Of a stretch of 12,260 nucleotides of DNA, positions 1 to 11,359 are shown in pieces. The stretch comes from Macrostomum lignano. Taxonomy: Eukaryota. The DNA lies in NCBI GenBank assembly GCA_002269645.1, contig NIVC01001030.1, positions 1 to 12,260 of the forward strand, read 5' to 3'. Each line of letters begins with the position of its first letter. Position 1 is the first letter of the stretch. The notes beneath the pieces are model-generated. The model had not been told where the DNA came from. It did no database searches and was given only the letters and a program-made list of their open reading frames with translations. The translations under genes were made by a program, and so were the position numbers.

Positions 1-260
1 GTGGGGAATCAGAGCGGGAGGCCAGTTCCAGTGGGGAATCAGAGCGGGGAGGCCAGTTCCGGTGGGAATCAGAGCGGGAGGCCAGTTCAGCGGGGAATCA
101 GAGCGGGGAGGCCAGTTCCGGTGGGGAATCAGAGCGGGGAGGCCAGTTCCAGGGGGAATCAGAGGGGAGGCCAGTTCCAGTGGGGAATCAGAGCGGGGAG
201 GCCAGTTCCAGTGGGGAATCAGAGGGGCAGTTCATCGGGATCAGGCGGGGAGGCAGTTCC

Positions 261-883
261 AGCGGGGAGGCGCAGTTCCAGTGGGAATCAGAGCGGGGAG
301 GCCAGTTCCAGCGGGGAATCAGAGCGGGGAGGCCAGTTCCAGCGGGGAATCAGAGGGGAGGCCAGTTCCAGTGGGGAATCAGAGCGGGAGGCAGTTCAGC
401 GGGGAAGGCCAGTTCCAGTGGGGAATCAGAGGGGGAGGCCAGTTCCAGCGGGGAATCAGAGCGGGGAGGCAGTTCCAGCGGGGAATCAAGCGGGGAGGCC
501 AGTTCGCGTGGGGAATCAGAGCGGGGAGGCCAGTTCCGGGGAATCAGAGGGAGGCCAGTTCCAGCGGGGAGGCCAGTTCCAGTGGGAATCAGAGCGGGGA
601 GGCCAGTTCCAGCGGGGAATCAGAGCGGGGAGGCCAGTTCGCGGGGAATCAGAGCGGGGAGGCCAGTTCCAGGTGGATCAGAGCGGGGAGGCCAGTTCAG
701 GCGGGGAATCAGAGCGGGGAGGCCAGTTCCAGTGGGGAATCAGAGCGGGGAGGCCAGTTCCAGTGGGGAATCAGAGCGGGGAGGCCAGTTCCAGCGGGGA
801 ATCAGAGCGGGGAGGCCAGTTCCAGCGGGGAATCAGAGCGGGGAGGCCAGTTCGGTGGGGAATCAGAGCGGGGGGCCAGTTCC
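261..883 (+). repeat. 22-unit variant cassette, copy A
   Basis: Unit order S T C C T S T C C G C S T C C G C T T C C G, read through a noisy region. Several units are ambiguous. Confidence 0.7.
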
Positions 884-2178
884 AGCGGGGAATCAGAGCG
901 GGGAGGCCAGTTCCAGTGGGGAATCAGAGCGGGGAGGCCAGTTCCAGGGGAATCAGAGCGGGGAGGCCAGTTAGGGGGAGATCAGAGGGAAGGCCAGTTC
1001 GGTGGGGAATCAGAGCGGGGAGGCGTTCCAGCGGGGAATCAGAGCGGGGAGGCAGTTGGTGGGGAATCAGAGTGGGGAGGCCAGTTCCAGTGGAGAATCA
1101 GAGCGGGGAGGCCAGTTCCAGTGGAGAATCAGAGCGGGGAGGCCAGTTCAGTGGGATCAGAGCGGGGAGGCCAGTTCCAGTGGGGAATCAGAGCGGGGAG
1201 GCCAGTTCCAGCGGGAATCAGAGCGGGGAGGCCAGTTCAGCGGGGAGGCAGTTCCAGTGGGGAATCAGAGCGGGGAGGCCAGTTCCAGTGGGGAATCAGA
1301 GGCGGGGAGGCCAGTTCCAGCGGGAGGCCAGTTCCAGTGGGGAATCAGAGCGGGGAGGCCAGTTTCCAGTGGGGAATCAGAGCGGGAGGCCAGTTCCAGC
1401 GGGGAATCAGAGCGGGGAGGCCAGTTCCAGCGGGGAATCAGAGCGGGGAGGCCAGTTCCAGCGGGGGGAATCAGAGCGGGGAGGCCAGTTCCAGTGGGAA
1501 TCAGAGCGGGGAGCCAGTTCCAGTGGGGAATCAGAGCGGGGAGGCCAGTTCAGCGGGGAATCAGAGCGGGGCCAGTTCCGGTGGGGAATCAGAGCGGGGA
1601 GGCAGTTCGCGGGGAGGCCAGTTCCAGGGGAATCAGAGCGGGGAGGCCAGGCCAGCGGAGGAGGCCAGTTCCAGTGGGGAATCAGAGCGGGGAGGCCAGT
1701 TCAGCGGGGAATGAGCGGGAGGCCAGTTCCAGTGGGGAAAGAGCGGGGAGGCCAGTTCAGTGGGGAATCAGAGCGGGGAGGCCAGTTCCAGTGGGGAATC
1801 AGAGCGGGGAGGCCAGTTCCAGTGGAATCAGAGCGGGGAGGCCAGTTCCAGCGGGGAATCAGAGCGGGGAGGCCAGTTCCAGCGGGAATCAGAGCGGGGA
1901 GGCCAGTTCCAGTGGGGAATCAGAGCGGGGAGGCCAGTTCCAGCGGGAATCAGAGCGGGGAGGCCAGTTCGCGGGGAATCAGAGCGGGAGGCCAGTTCCA
2001 GGGGGAATCAGAGCGGGGAGGCAGTTCCGTGGGGAATCAGAGCGGGGAGGAGTTCCAGCGGGGAATCAGAGCGGGAGGGCCAGTTCCAGTGGGGAATCAG
2101 AGCGGGAGGCCAGTTCCGGTGGGGAATCAGAGCGGGGGAGCCAGTTCCAGCGGGAATCAGAGCGGGGAGGCCAGTTCC

Positions 2179-2810
2179 AGCGGGGAGGCCAGTTCCAGTG
2201 GGGAATCAGAGCGGGGAGGCCAGTTCCAGCGGGAATCAGAGCGGGGAGGCCAGTTCCAGCGGGAATCAGAGCGGGAGAGGCCAGTTCAGTGGGGAATCAG
2301 AGCGGGGAGGCCAGTTCCAGCGGGGAGGCGAGTTCAGTGGGGAATCAGAGGGGGAGGCCAGTTCCAGCGGGGAATCAGAGCGGGGAGGCCAGTTCCAGCG
2401 GGGAATCAGAGCGGGGAGGCCAGTTCCGGTGGGGAATCAGAGCGGGGAGGCCAGTTCCAGCGGGGAATCAGAGCGAGGAGGCATCAACGGGGAGGCCAGT
2501 TCCAGTGGGGAATCAGAGCGGGGAGGCAGTTCCAGCGGGGAATCAGAGCGGGGAGGCCAGTTCCAGGGGAATCAGAGCGGGGAGGCCAGTTCCGGTGGGG
2601 AATCAGAGCGGGGAGGCCAGTTCCAGCGGGGAATCAGAGCGGGGAGGCCAGTTCCAGTGGGGAATCAGAGCGGGGAGGCCAGTTCCAGTGGGGAATCAGA
2701 GCGGGGAGGCCAGTTCCAGCGGGGAATCAGAGCGGGGAGGCCAGTTCCAGCGGGGAATCAGAGCGGGGAGGCCAGTTCCGGTGGGGAATCAGAGCGGGGA
2801 GGCCAGTTCC
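2179..2810 (+). repeat. 22-unit variant cassette, copy B
   Basis: Same unit order, with S units at 2179, 2319 and ~2487. The fourth unit carries GGGAGAGG. Confidence 0.8.
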
Positions 2811-5093
2811 AGCGGGGAATCAGAGCGGGGAGGCCAGTTCCAGTGGGGAATCAGAGCGGGGAGGCCAGTTCCAGCGGGGAATCAGAGCGGGGAGGCCAGT
2901 TCCAGTGGGGAATCAGAGCGGGGAGGCCAGTTCCAGGTGGGAATCAGAGCGGGGAGGCCAGTTCCAGCGGGAATCAGAGCGGGGAGGCCAGTTCCGGTGG
3001 GGAATCAGAGCGGGGAGGCCAGTTCCAGTGGAGAATCAGAGCGGGGAGGCCAGTTCCAGTGGAGAATCAGAGCGGGGAGGCCAGTTCCAGTGGGGAATCA
3101 GAGCGGGGGCCAGTTAGGTGGGAATCAGAGCGGGGAGGCCAGTTCCAGCGGGGAATCAGAGCGGGGAGGCCAGTTCCAGCGGGGAGGCCAGTTCAGTGGG
3201 AATCAGAGCGGGGAGGCCAGTTCCAGTGGGGAATCAGAGCGGGGAGGCCAGTTCGCGGTGGGGAATCAGAGCGGGGAGGCCAGTTCCAGCGGGGAATCAG
3301 AGCGGGGAGGCCAGTTCCGTGGGGAATCAGAGCGGGGAGGCCAGTTCCAGTGGGGAATCAGAGCGGGAGGCCAGTTCCAGCGGGAATCAGAGCGGGGAGG
3401 CCAGTTCCAGTGGAGAATCAGAGCGGGGAGGCCAGTTCCATCGGGGAATCAGAGCGGGGAGGCCAGTTCCAGCGGGGAGGCCAGTTCCAGCGGGGGAATC
3501 AGCGGGGAGGCCAGTTCCAGTGGGGAATCAGAGCGGGGAGGCAGTTCCAGCGGGGAGGCAGTTCAGTGGGGAATCAGAGCGGGGAGGCCAGTTCCAGCGG
3601 GAATCAGAGCGGGGAGGCCAGTTCCAGTGGGAATCAGAGCGGGGAGGCCAGTTCCAGTGGGAATCAGAGCGGGAGGCCAGTTCCAGCGGGGAATCAGAGC
3701 GGGGAGGCCAGTTCCGGTGGGGAATCAGAGCGGGGAGGCCAGTTCCATCGGGGAATCAGAGCGGGGAGGCCAGTTCCAGCGGGGAGGCCAGTTCCAGTGG
3801 GGAATCAGAGCGGGGAGGCCAGTTCCAGCGGGGAATCAGAGCGGGAGGCCAGTTCCAGCGGGGAATCAGAGCGGGGAGGCCAGTTCAGTGGGGAATCAGA
3901 GCGGGGAGGCCAGTTCCGGGGGAATCAGAGCGGGGAGGCCAGTTCCAGCGGGGAATCAGAGCGGGGAGGCCAGTTCAGTGGGAATCAGAGCGGGGAGGCC
4001 AGTTCCAGGGGGAATCAGAGCGGGGAGGCCAGTTCCGTGGGGAATCAGAGCGGGGAGGCCAGTTCCAGCGGGAATCAGAGCGGGGAGGCCAGTTCAGCGG
4101 GAGGCCAGTTCCAGTGGGGAATCAGAGCGGGGAGGCCAGTTCCAGCGGGAATCAGAGCGGGGAGGCCAGTTCAGGGGGAATCAGAGCGGGGAGGCCAGTT
4201 CCAGTGGGGAATCAGAGCGGGAGGCCAGTTCGGTGGGGAATCAGAGCGGGGAGGCCAGTTTCCAGCGGGGAATCAGAGCGGGGAGGCCAGTTCCAGCGGG
4301 AGGCCAGTTCCAGTGGGGGAATCAGAGCGGGGAGGCCAGTTCCAGTGGGGAATCAGAGCGGGAGGCCAGTTCCAGCGGGAATCAGAGCGGGGAGGCCAGT
4401 TCAGCGGGAAATCAGAGCGGGGAGGCCAGTTCCAGTGGGGAATCAGAGCGGGAGGCCAGTTCCAGCGGGGAATCAGAGCGGGGAGGCCAGTTCCGGTGGG
4501 GAATCAGAGCGGGGAGGCCAGTTCCATCGGGAATCAGAGCGGGGAGGCAGTTCCAGCGGGGAGGCCAGTTCCAGTGGGGAATCAGAGCGGGGAGGCCAGT
4601 TCCAGCGGGGAATCAGAGCGGGGAGGCCAGTTCAGTGGGGAATCAGAGCGGGGAGGCCAGTTCCGTGGGGAATCAGAGCGGGGAGGCAGTTCGGTGGGGA
4701 ATCAGAGCGGGGAGGCCAGTTCCAGCGGGGAATCAGAGCGGGGAGGCCAGTTCCAGTGGGGAATCAGAGCGGGGAGGCCAGTTCCAGTGGGGAATCAGAG
4801 CGGGGAGGCCAGTTCCAGTGGGGAATCAGAGCGGGGAGGCCAGTTCCAGCGGGGAATCAGAGCGGGGAGGCCAGTTCCGGTGGGGAATCAGAGCGGGGAG
4901 GCCAGTTCCAGCGGGGAATCAGAGCGGGGAGGCCAGTTCCAGTGGGGAATCAGAGCGGGAGGCCAGTTCCAGCGGGAATCAGAGCGGGGAGGCCAGTTCC
5001 AGCTGGGAATCAGAGCGGGGAGGCCAGTTCCGGTGGGGAATCAGAGCGGGGGGAGGCCAGTTCCAGCGGGAATCAGAGCGGGAGGCCAGTTCC

Positions 5094-5731
5094 AGCGGGG
5101 AGGCCAGTTCCAGTGGGGAATCAGAGCGGGGAGGCCAGTTCCAGCGGGGAATCAGAGCGGGGAGGCCAGTTCCAGCGGGGATCAGAGCGGGAGGCCAGTT
5201 CCAGTGGGAATCAGGCGGGGAGGCCAGTTCAGCGGGGAGGCCAGTTCCAGTGGGAATCAGAGCGGGAGGCCAGTTCCAGGGGGAATCAGAGCGGGAGGCC
5301 AGGCCAGTTCCAGCGGGGAATCAGAGCGGGGAGGCCAGTTCCGGTGGGAATCAGAGCGGGGAGGCCAGTTCCAGCGGGGAATCAGATCGGAGAGGCCAGT
5401 TCCAGCGGGGAGGCCAGTTCCAGTGGGGAATCAGAGCGGGGAGGCCAGTTCCAGCGGGGAATCAGAGCGGGGAGGCCAGTTCCAGCGGGGAATCAGAGCG
5501 GGGAGGCCAGTTCCGGTGGGGAATCAGAGCGGGGAGGCCAGTTCCAGCGGGGAATCAGAGCGGGGAGGCCAGTTCCAGTGGGGAATCAGAGCGGGGAGGC
5601 CAGTTCCAGTGGGGAATCAGAGCGGGGAGGCCAGTTCCAGCGGGGAATCAGAGCGGGGAGGCCAGTTCCAGCGGGGAATCAGAGCGGGGAGGCCAGTTCC
5701 GGTGGGGAATCAGAGCGGGGAGGCCAGTTCC
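5094..5731 (+). repeat. 22-unit variant cassette, copy C
   Basis: Same unit order, with S units at 5094, 5231 and 5404. GGAGAGG marker at 5391. Confidence 0.85.
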
Positions 5732-6958
5732 AGCGGGGAATCAGAGCGGGGAGGCCAGTTCCAGTGGGGAATCAGAGCGGGGAGGCCAGTTCCAGCGGGA
5801 ATCAGAGCGGGAGGCCAGTTCCGTGGGGAATCAGAGCGGGGAGGCCAGTTCGGGGTGGGAATCAGAGCGGGGAGGCCAGTTCCAGCGGGGAATCAGAGCG
5901 GGGAGGCCAGTTCCGGTGGGGAATCAGAGCGGGGAGGCCAGTTCCAGTGGAGAATCAGAGCGGGGAGGCCAGTTCCAGTGGAGAATCAGAGCGGGGAGGC
6001 CAGTTCCAGTGGGGAATCAGAGCGGGGAGGCCAGTTCCAGTGGGGAATCAGAGCGGGGAGGCCAGTTCCAGCGGGGAATCAGAGCGGGGGGAGGCCAGTT
6101 CCAGCGGGGAATCAGAGCGGGGAGTGGGGAATCAGAGCGGGGAGGCCAGTTCCAGCGGGGAATCAGAGGCGGGAGGCCAGTTCCAGCGGGGAATCAGAGC
6201 GGGGAGGCCAGTTCACGGGGAATCAGAGCGGGGAGGCCAGTTCCGGTGGGAATCAGAGCGGGGAGGCCAGTTCCGTGGGAATCAGAGCGGGGAGGCCAGT
6301 TCCAGTGGAATCAGAGGGGAGAGAGAGGGGAATCAGAGCGGGAGGCCAGTTCCAGTGGGAATCAGAGCGGGGAGGCCAGTTCCAGCGGGGAATCAGAGCG
6401 GGGAGGCCAGTTCCAGCGGGAATCAGAGCGGGGAGGCCAGTTCCAGTGGGGAATCAGAGCGGGGGGCGCAGCGCCAGTTCCAGCGGGGAGGCCAGTTCCA
6501 GTGGGGAATCAGAGCGGGGAGGCCAGTTCCAGTGGGGAATCAGAGCGGGGAGGCCAGTTCCAGTGGGGAATCAGAGCGGGGAGGCCAGTTCCAGTGGGGA
6601 ATCAGAGCGGGGAGGCCAGTTCCAGCGGGGAATCAGAGCGGGGAGGCCAGTTCCAGTGGGGAATCAGAGCGGGGAGGCCAGTTCCAGTGGGGAATCAGAG
6701 CGGGGAGGCCAGTTCCAGCGGGAATCAGAGCGGGGAGGCCAGTTCCAGTGGGGAATCAGAGCGGGGAGGCCAGTTCCAGCGGGGAATCAGAGCGGGGAGG
6801 CCAGTTCCAGTGGGAATCAGAGCGGGGAGGCCAGTTCCAGGGGGAATCAGAGCGGGGAGGCCAGTTCCGGTGGGAATCAGAGCGGGAGGCCAGTTCCAGC
6901 GGGAATCAGAGCGGGGAGGCCAGTTCCAGTGGGGAATCAGAGCGGGGAGGCCAGTTCC

Positions 6959-7587
6959 AGCGGGGAGGCCAGTTCCAGTGGGGAATCAGAGCGGGAGGCC
7001 AGTTCCAGTGGGGAATCAGAGCGGGGAGGCCAGTTCCAGCGGGGAATCAGAGCGGGAGGCCAGTTCCAGTGGGGAATCAGAGCGGGGAGGCCAGTTCCAG
7101 CGGGGAGGCCAGTTCCAGTGGGGAATCAGAGCGGGGAGGCCAGTTCCAGCGGGAATCAGAGCGGGGAGGCCAGTTCCAGCGGGGAATCAGAGCGGGGAGG
7201 CCAGTTCCGGTGGGGAATCAGAGCGGGAGGCCAGTTCCAGCGGGGAATGCGGGGAGGCCAGTTCCAGCGGGGAGGCCAGTTCCAGTGGGGAATCAGAGCG
7301 GGAGGCCAGTTCCAGCGGGGAATCAGAGCGGGGAGGCCAGTTCCAGCGGGGAATCAGAGCGGGGAGGCCAGTTCCGGTGGGGAATCAGAGCGGGAGGCCA
7401 GTTCCAGCGGAATCAGAGCGGGAGGCCAGTTCCAGTGGGGAATCAGAGCGGGAGGCCAGTTCCAGTGGGAATCAGAGCGGGGAGGCCAGTTCCAGCGGGG
7501 AATCAGAGCGGGGAGGCCAGTTCCAGCGGGGAATCAGAGCGGGGAGGCCAGTTCCAGGTGGGGAATCAGAGCGGGGAGGCCAGTTCC
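6959..7587 (+). repeat. 22-unit variant cassette, copy D
   Basis: Same unit order except that unit 3 is T. S units at 6959, 7099 and 7266. Confidence 0.8.
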
Positions 7588-9514
7588 AGTGGGGAATCAG
7601 AGCGGGGAGGCCAGTTCCAGTGGGGAATCAGAGCGGGGAGGCCAGTTCCAGCGGGGAGGCCAGTTCCAGCGGGGAATCAGAGCGGGGAGGCCAGTTCCAG
7701 CGGGGAATCAGAGCGGGGAGGCCAGTTCCAGTGGGAATCAGAGCGGGGAGGCCAGTTCCAGTGGGGAATCAGAGCGGGGAGGCCAGTTCCAGTGGGGAAT
7801 CAGAGCGGGGAGGCCAGTTCCAGTGGGAATCAGAGCGGGGAGGCCAGTTCCAGCGGGGAATCAGAGCGGGGAGGCCAGTTCCAGCGGGGAACAGTTCCAG
7901 CGGGGAGGCCAGTTCCAGTGGGGAATCAGAGCGGGGAGGCCAGTTCCAGCGGGGAGGCCAGTTCCAGTGGGGAATCAGAGCGGGGAGGCCAGTTCCAGCG
8001 GGGAATCAGAGCGGGGAGGCCAGTTCCAGTGGGGAATCAGAGCGGGGAGGCCAGTTCCAGTGGGAATCAGAGCGGGGAGGCCAGTTCCAGCGGGGAATCA
8101 GAGCGGGGAGGCCAGTTCCGGTGGGGAATCAGAGCGGGGAGGCCAGTTCCAGCGGGGAATCAGAGCGGGGAGGCCAGTTCCAGCGGGGAGGCCAGTTCCA
8201 GTGGGGAATCAGAGCGGGGAGGCCAGTTCCAGCGGGGAATCAGAGCGGGGAGGCCAGTTCCAGCGGGGAATCAGAGCGGGGAGGCCAGTTCCAGTGGGGA
8301 ATCAGAGCGGGGAGGCCAGTTCCAGCGGGGAATCAGAGCGGGGAGGCCAGTTCCAGCGGGGAATCAGAGCGGGGAGGCCAGTTCCAGTGGGAATCAGAGC
8401 GGGGAGGCCAGTTCCAGCGGGAATCAGAGCGGGGAGGCCAGTTCCGGTGGGAATCAGAGCGGGGAGGCCAGTTCCATCGGGGAATCAGAGCGGGGAGGCC
8501 AGTTCCAGCGGGGAGGCCAGTTCCAGTGGGGAATCAGAGCGGGGAGGCCAGTTCCAGCGGGGAATCAGAGCGGGGAGGCCAGTTCCAGCGGGAATCAGAG
8601 CGGGGAGGCCAGTTCCAGTGGGGAATCAGAGCGGGAGGCCAGTTCCGTGGGGAATCAGAGCGGGGAGGCCAGTTCCAGCGGGGAATCAGAGCGGGGAGGC
8701 CAGTTCCAGCGGGGAGGCCAGTTCCAGTGGGGAATCAGAGCGGGGAGGCCAGTTCCAGTGGGGAATCAGAGCGGGGAGGCCAGTTCCAGCGGGAATCAGA
8801 GCGGGGAGGCCAGTTCCAGCGGGGAATCAGAGCGGGGAGGCCAGTTCCAGCGGGGAATCAGAGCGGAGAGGCCAGTTCCAGCGGGGAATCAGAGCGGGGA
8901 GGCCAGTTCCAGTGGGGAATCAGAGCGGGGAGGCCAGTTCCATCGGGGAATCAGAGCGGGGAGGCCAGTTCCAGCGGGGAGGCCAGTTCCAGTGGGGAAT
9001 CAGAGCGGGGAGGCCAGTTCCAGCGGGGAATCAGAGCGGGGAGGCCAGTTCCAGTGGGGAATCAGAGCGGGGAGGCCAGTTCCAGTGGGGAATCAGAGCG
9101 GGGAGGCCAGTTCCGGTGGGGAATCAGAGCGGGGAGGCCAGTTCCAGCGGGGAATCAGAGCGGGGAGGCCAGTTCCAGTGGGAATCAGAGCGGGGAGGCC
9201 AGTTCCAGTGGGGAATCAGAGCGGGGAGGCCAGTTCCGGTGGGGAATCAGAGCGGGGAGGCCAGTTCCAGCGGGAATCAGAGCGGGGAGGCCAGTTCCAG
9301 TGGGGAATCAGAGCGGGGAGGCCAGTTCCAGCGGGGAATCAGAGCGGGGAGGCCAGTTCCAGTGGGGAATCAGAGCGGGGAGGCCAGTTCAGCGGGGAAT
9401 CAGAGCGGGGAGGCCAGTTCCAGTGGGGAATCAGAGCGGGGAGGCCAGTTCCAGTGGGGAATCAGAGCGGGGAGGCCAGTTCCATCGGGGAATCAGAGCG
9501 GGGAGGCCAGTTCC

Positions 9515-10154
9515 AGCGGGGAGGCCAGTTCCAGTGGGGAATCAGAGCGGGGAGGCCAGTTCCAGCGGGGAATCAGAGCGGGGAGGCCAGTTCCAGCGGG
9601 GTATCAGAGCGGAGAGGCCAGTTCCAGTGGGGAATCAGAGCGGGGAGGCCAGTTCTAGCGGGGAGGCCAGTTCCAGTGGGGAATCAGAGCGGGGAGGCCA
9701 GTTCCAGCGGGGAATCAGAGCGGGGAGGCCAGTTCCAGCGGGGAATCAGAGCGGGGAGGCCAGTTCCGGTGGGGAATCAGAGCGGGGAGGCCAGTTCCAG
9801 CGGGGAATCAGAGCGGGAGGCCAGTTCCAGCGGGGAGGCCAGTTCCAGTGGGGAATCAGAGCGGGGAGGCCAGTTCCAGCGGGGAATCAGAGCGGGGAGG
9901 CCAGTTCCAGCGGGGAATCAGAGCGGGGAGGCCAGTTCCGGTGGGGAATCAGAGCGGGGAGGCCAGTTCCAGCGGGAATCAGAGCGGGGAGGCCAGTTCC
10001 AGTGGGAATCAGAGCGGGGAGGCCAGTTCCAGTGGGGAATCAGAGCGGGGAGGCCAGTTCCAGCGGGGAATCAGAGCGGGGAGGCCAGTTCCAGCGGGGA
10101 ATCAGAGCGGGGAGGCCAGTTCCGGTGGGGAATCAGAGCGGGGAGGCCAGTTCC
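9515..10154 (+). repeat. 22-unit variant cassette, copy E
   Basis: Cleanest copy (640 bp versus 643 ideal), with S units at 9515, 9657 and 9829. The double-variant unit GGGGTATC...GGAGAGG starts at 9595. Confidence 0.9.
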
Positions 10155-11359
10155 ATCGGGGAATCAGAGCGGGGAGGCCAGTTCCAGTGGGGAATCAGAG
10201 CGGGGAGGCCAGTTCCAGCGGGGAATCAGAGCGGGGAGGCCAGTTCCGGTGGGGAATCAGAGCGGGGAGGCCAGTTCCGGTGGGGAATCAGAGCGGGGAG
10301 GCCAGTTCCAGCGGGGAATCAGAGCGGGGAGGCCAGTTCCAGTGTGGGGAATCAGAGCGGGAGGCCAGTTCCAGTGGGAATCAGAGCGGGGAGGCCAGTT
10401 CCAGTGGGAATCAGAGCGGGGAGGCCAGTTCCAGTGGGGAATCAGAGCGGGGAGGCCAGTTCCGGTGGGAATCAGAGCGGGAGGCCAGTTCCAGCGGGGA
10501 ATCAGAGCGGGGAGGCCAGTTCCAGCGGGGAGGCCAGTTCCAGTGGGGAATCAGAGCGGGGAGGCCAGTTCCAGTGGGGAATCAGAGCGGGGAGGCCAGT
10601 TCCAGCGGGAATCAGAGCGGGGAGGCCAGTTCCAGCGGGGAATCAGAGCGGGGAGGCCAGTTCCGGTGGGGAATCAGAGCGGGGAGGCCAGTTCCAGTGG
10701 AGAATCAGAGCGGGGAGGCCAGTTCCAGTGGAGAATCAGAGCGGGGAGGCCAGTTCCAGTGGAGAATCAGAGCGGGGAGGCCAGTTCCATCGGGGAATCA
10801 GAGCGGGGAGGCCAGTTCCAGCGGGAGGCCAGTTCGAGCGGGGAGGCCAGTTCCAGTGGGGAATCAGAGCGGGAGGCCAGTTCCAGCGGGAGGCCAGTTC
10901 CAGTGGGGAATCAGAGCGGGGAGGCCAGTTCCAGCGGGAATCAGAGCGGGGAGGCCAGTTCCAGTGGGAATCAGAGCGGGGAGGCCAGTTCCAGTGGGGA
11001 ATCAGAGCGGGGAGGCCAGTTCCAGCGGGGAATCAGAGCGGGGAGGCCAGTTCCAGTGGGGAATCAGAGCGGGGAGGCCAGTTCCAGCGGGAATCAGAGC
11101 GGGGAGGCAGTTCCAGCGGGGAATCAGAGCGGGAGGCCAGTTCCAGTGGGGAATCAGAGCGGGGAGGCCAGTTCCAGCGGGGAATCAGAGCGGGGAGGCC
11201 AGTTCCAGTGGGAATCAGAGCGGGGAGGCCAGTTCCAGCGGGAATCAGAGCGGGGAGGCCAGTTCCGGTGGGGAATCAGAGCGGGGAGGCCAGTTCCAGC
11301 GGGGAATCAGAGCGGGGAGGCCAGTTCCAGTGGGGAATCAGAGCGGGGAGGCCAGTTCC

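Larger units (their letters stand above)
3471..7882 (+). repeat. ~4.4-kb higher-order repeat period (copy colinear with 7883-12260)
   Basis: Short-unit positions and the C/T variant order match the downstream copy at offsets 4399-4426, e.g. 3549/7948, 3778/8182, 4096/8507, 4295/8708, 4555/8973, 5094/9515, 6959/11360. Boundaries are arbitrary within a tandem period. Confidence 0.8.

Noticed and set aside
1-3117. Overlapping ORFs of 1038, 550 and 264 aa
   Set aside because: Same artefact: all three + frames are open at once and give the same repeating peptide. The stops (972, 1712, 3115) fall in noisy units.
1644-5305. AGGCCAGGCC 5-bp duplications at 1644-1653 and 5296-5305
   Set aside because: They lie in noisy units and are not reproduced at the equivalent higher-order positions, so they are probably sequencing stutter.
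1760-9658. 2632-aa ORF as a protein-coding gene
   Set aside because: It begins at GTG inside a repeat unit. The peptide just cycles through the three frames of a 31-bp (non-triplet) monomer, indels are not frame-preserving, and it ends at a single TTCC-to-TTCT anomaly. No domain is recognisable.
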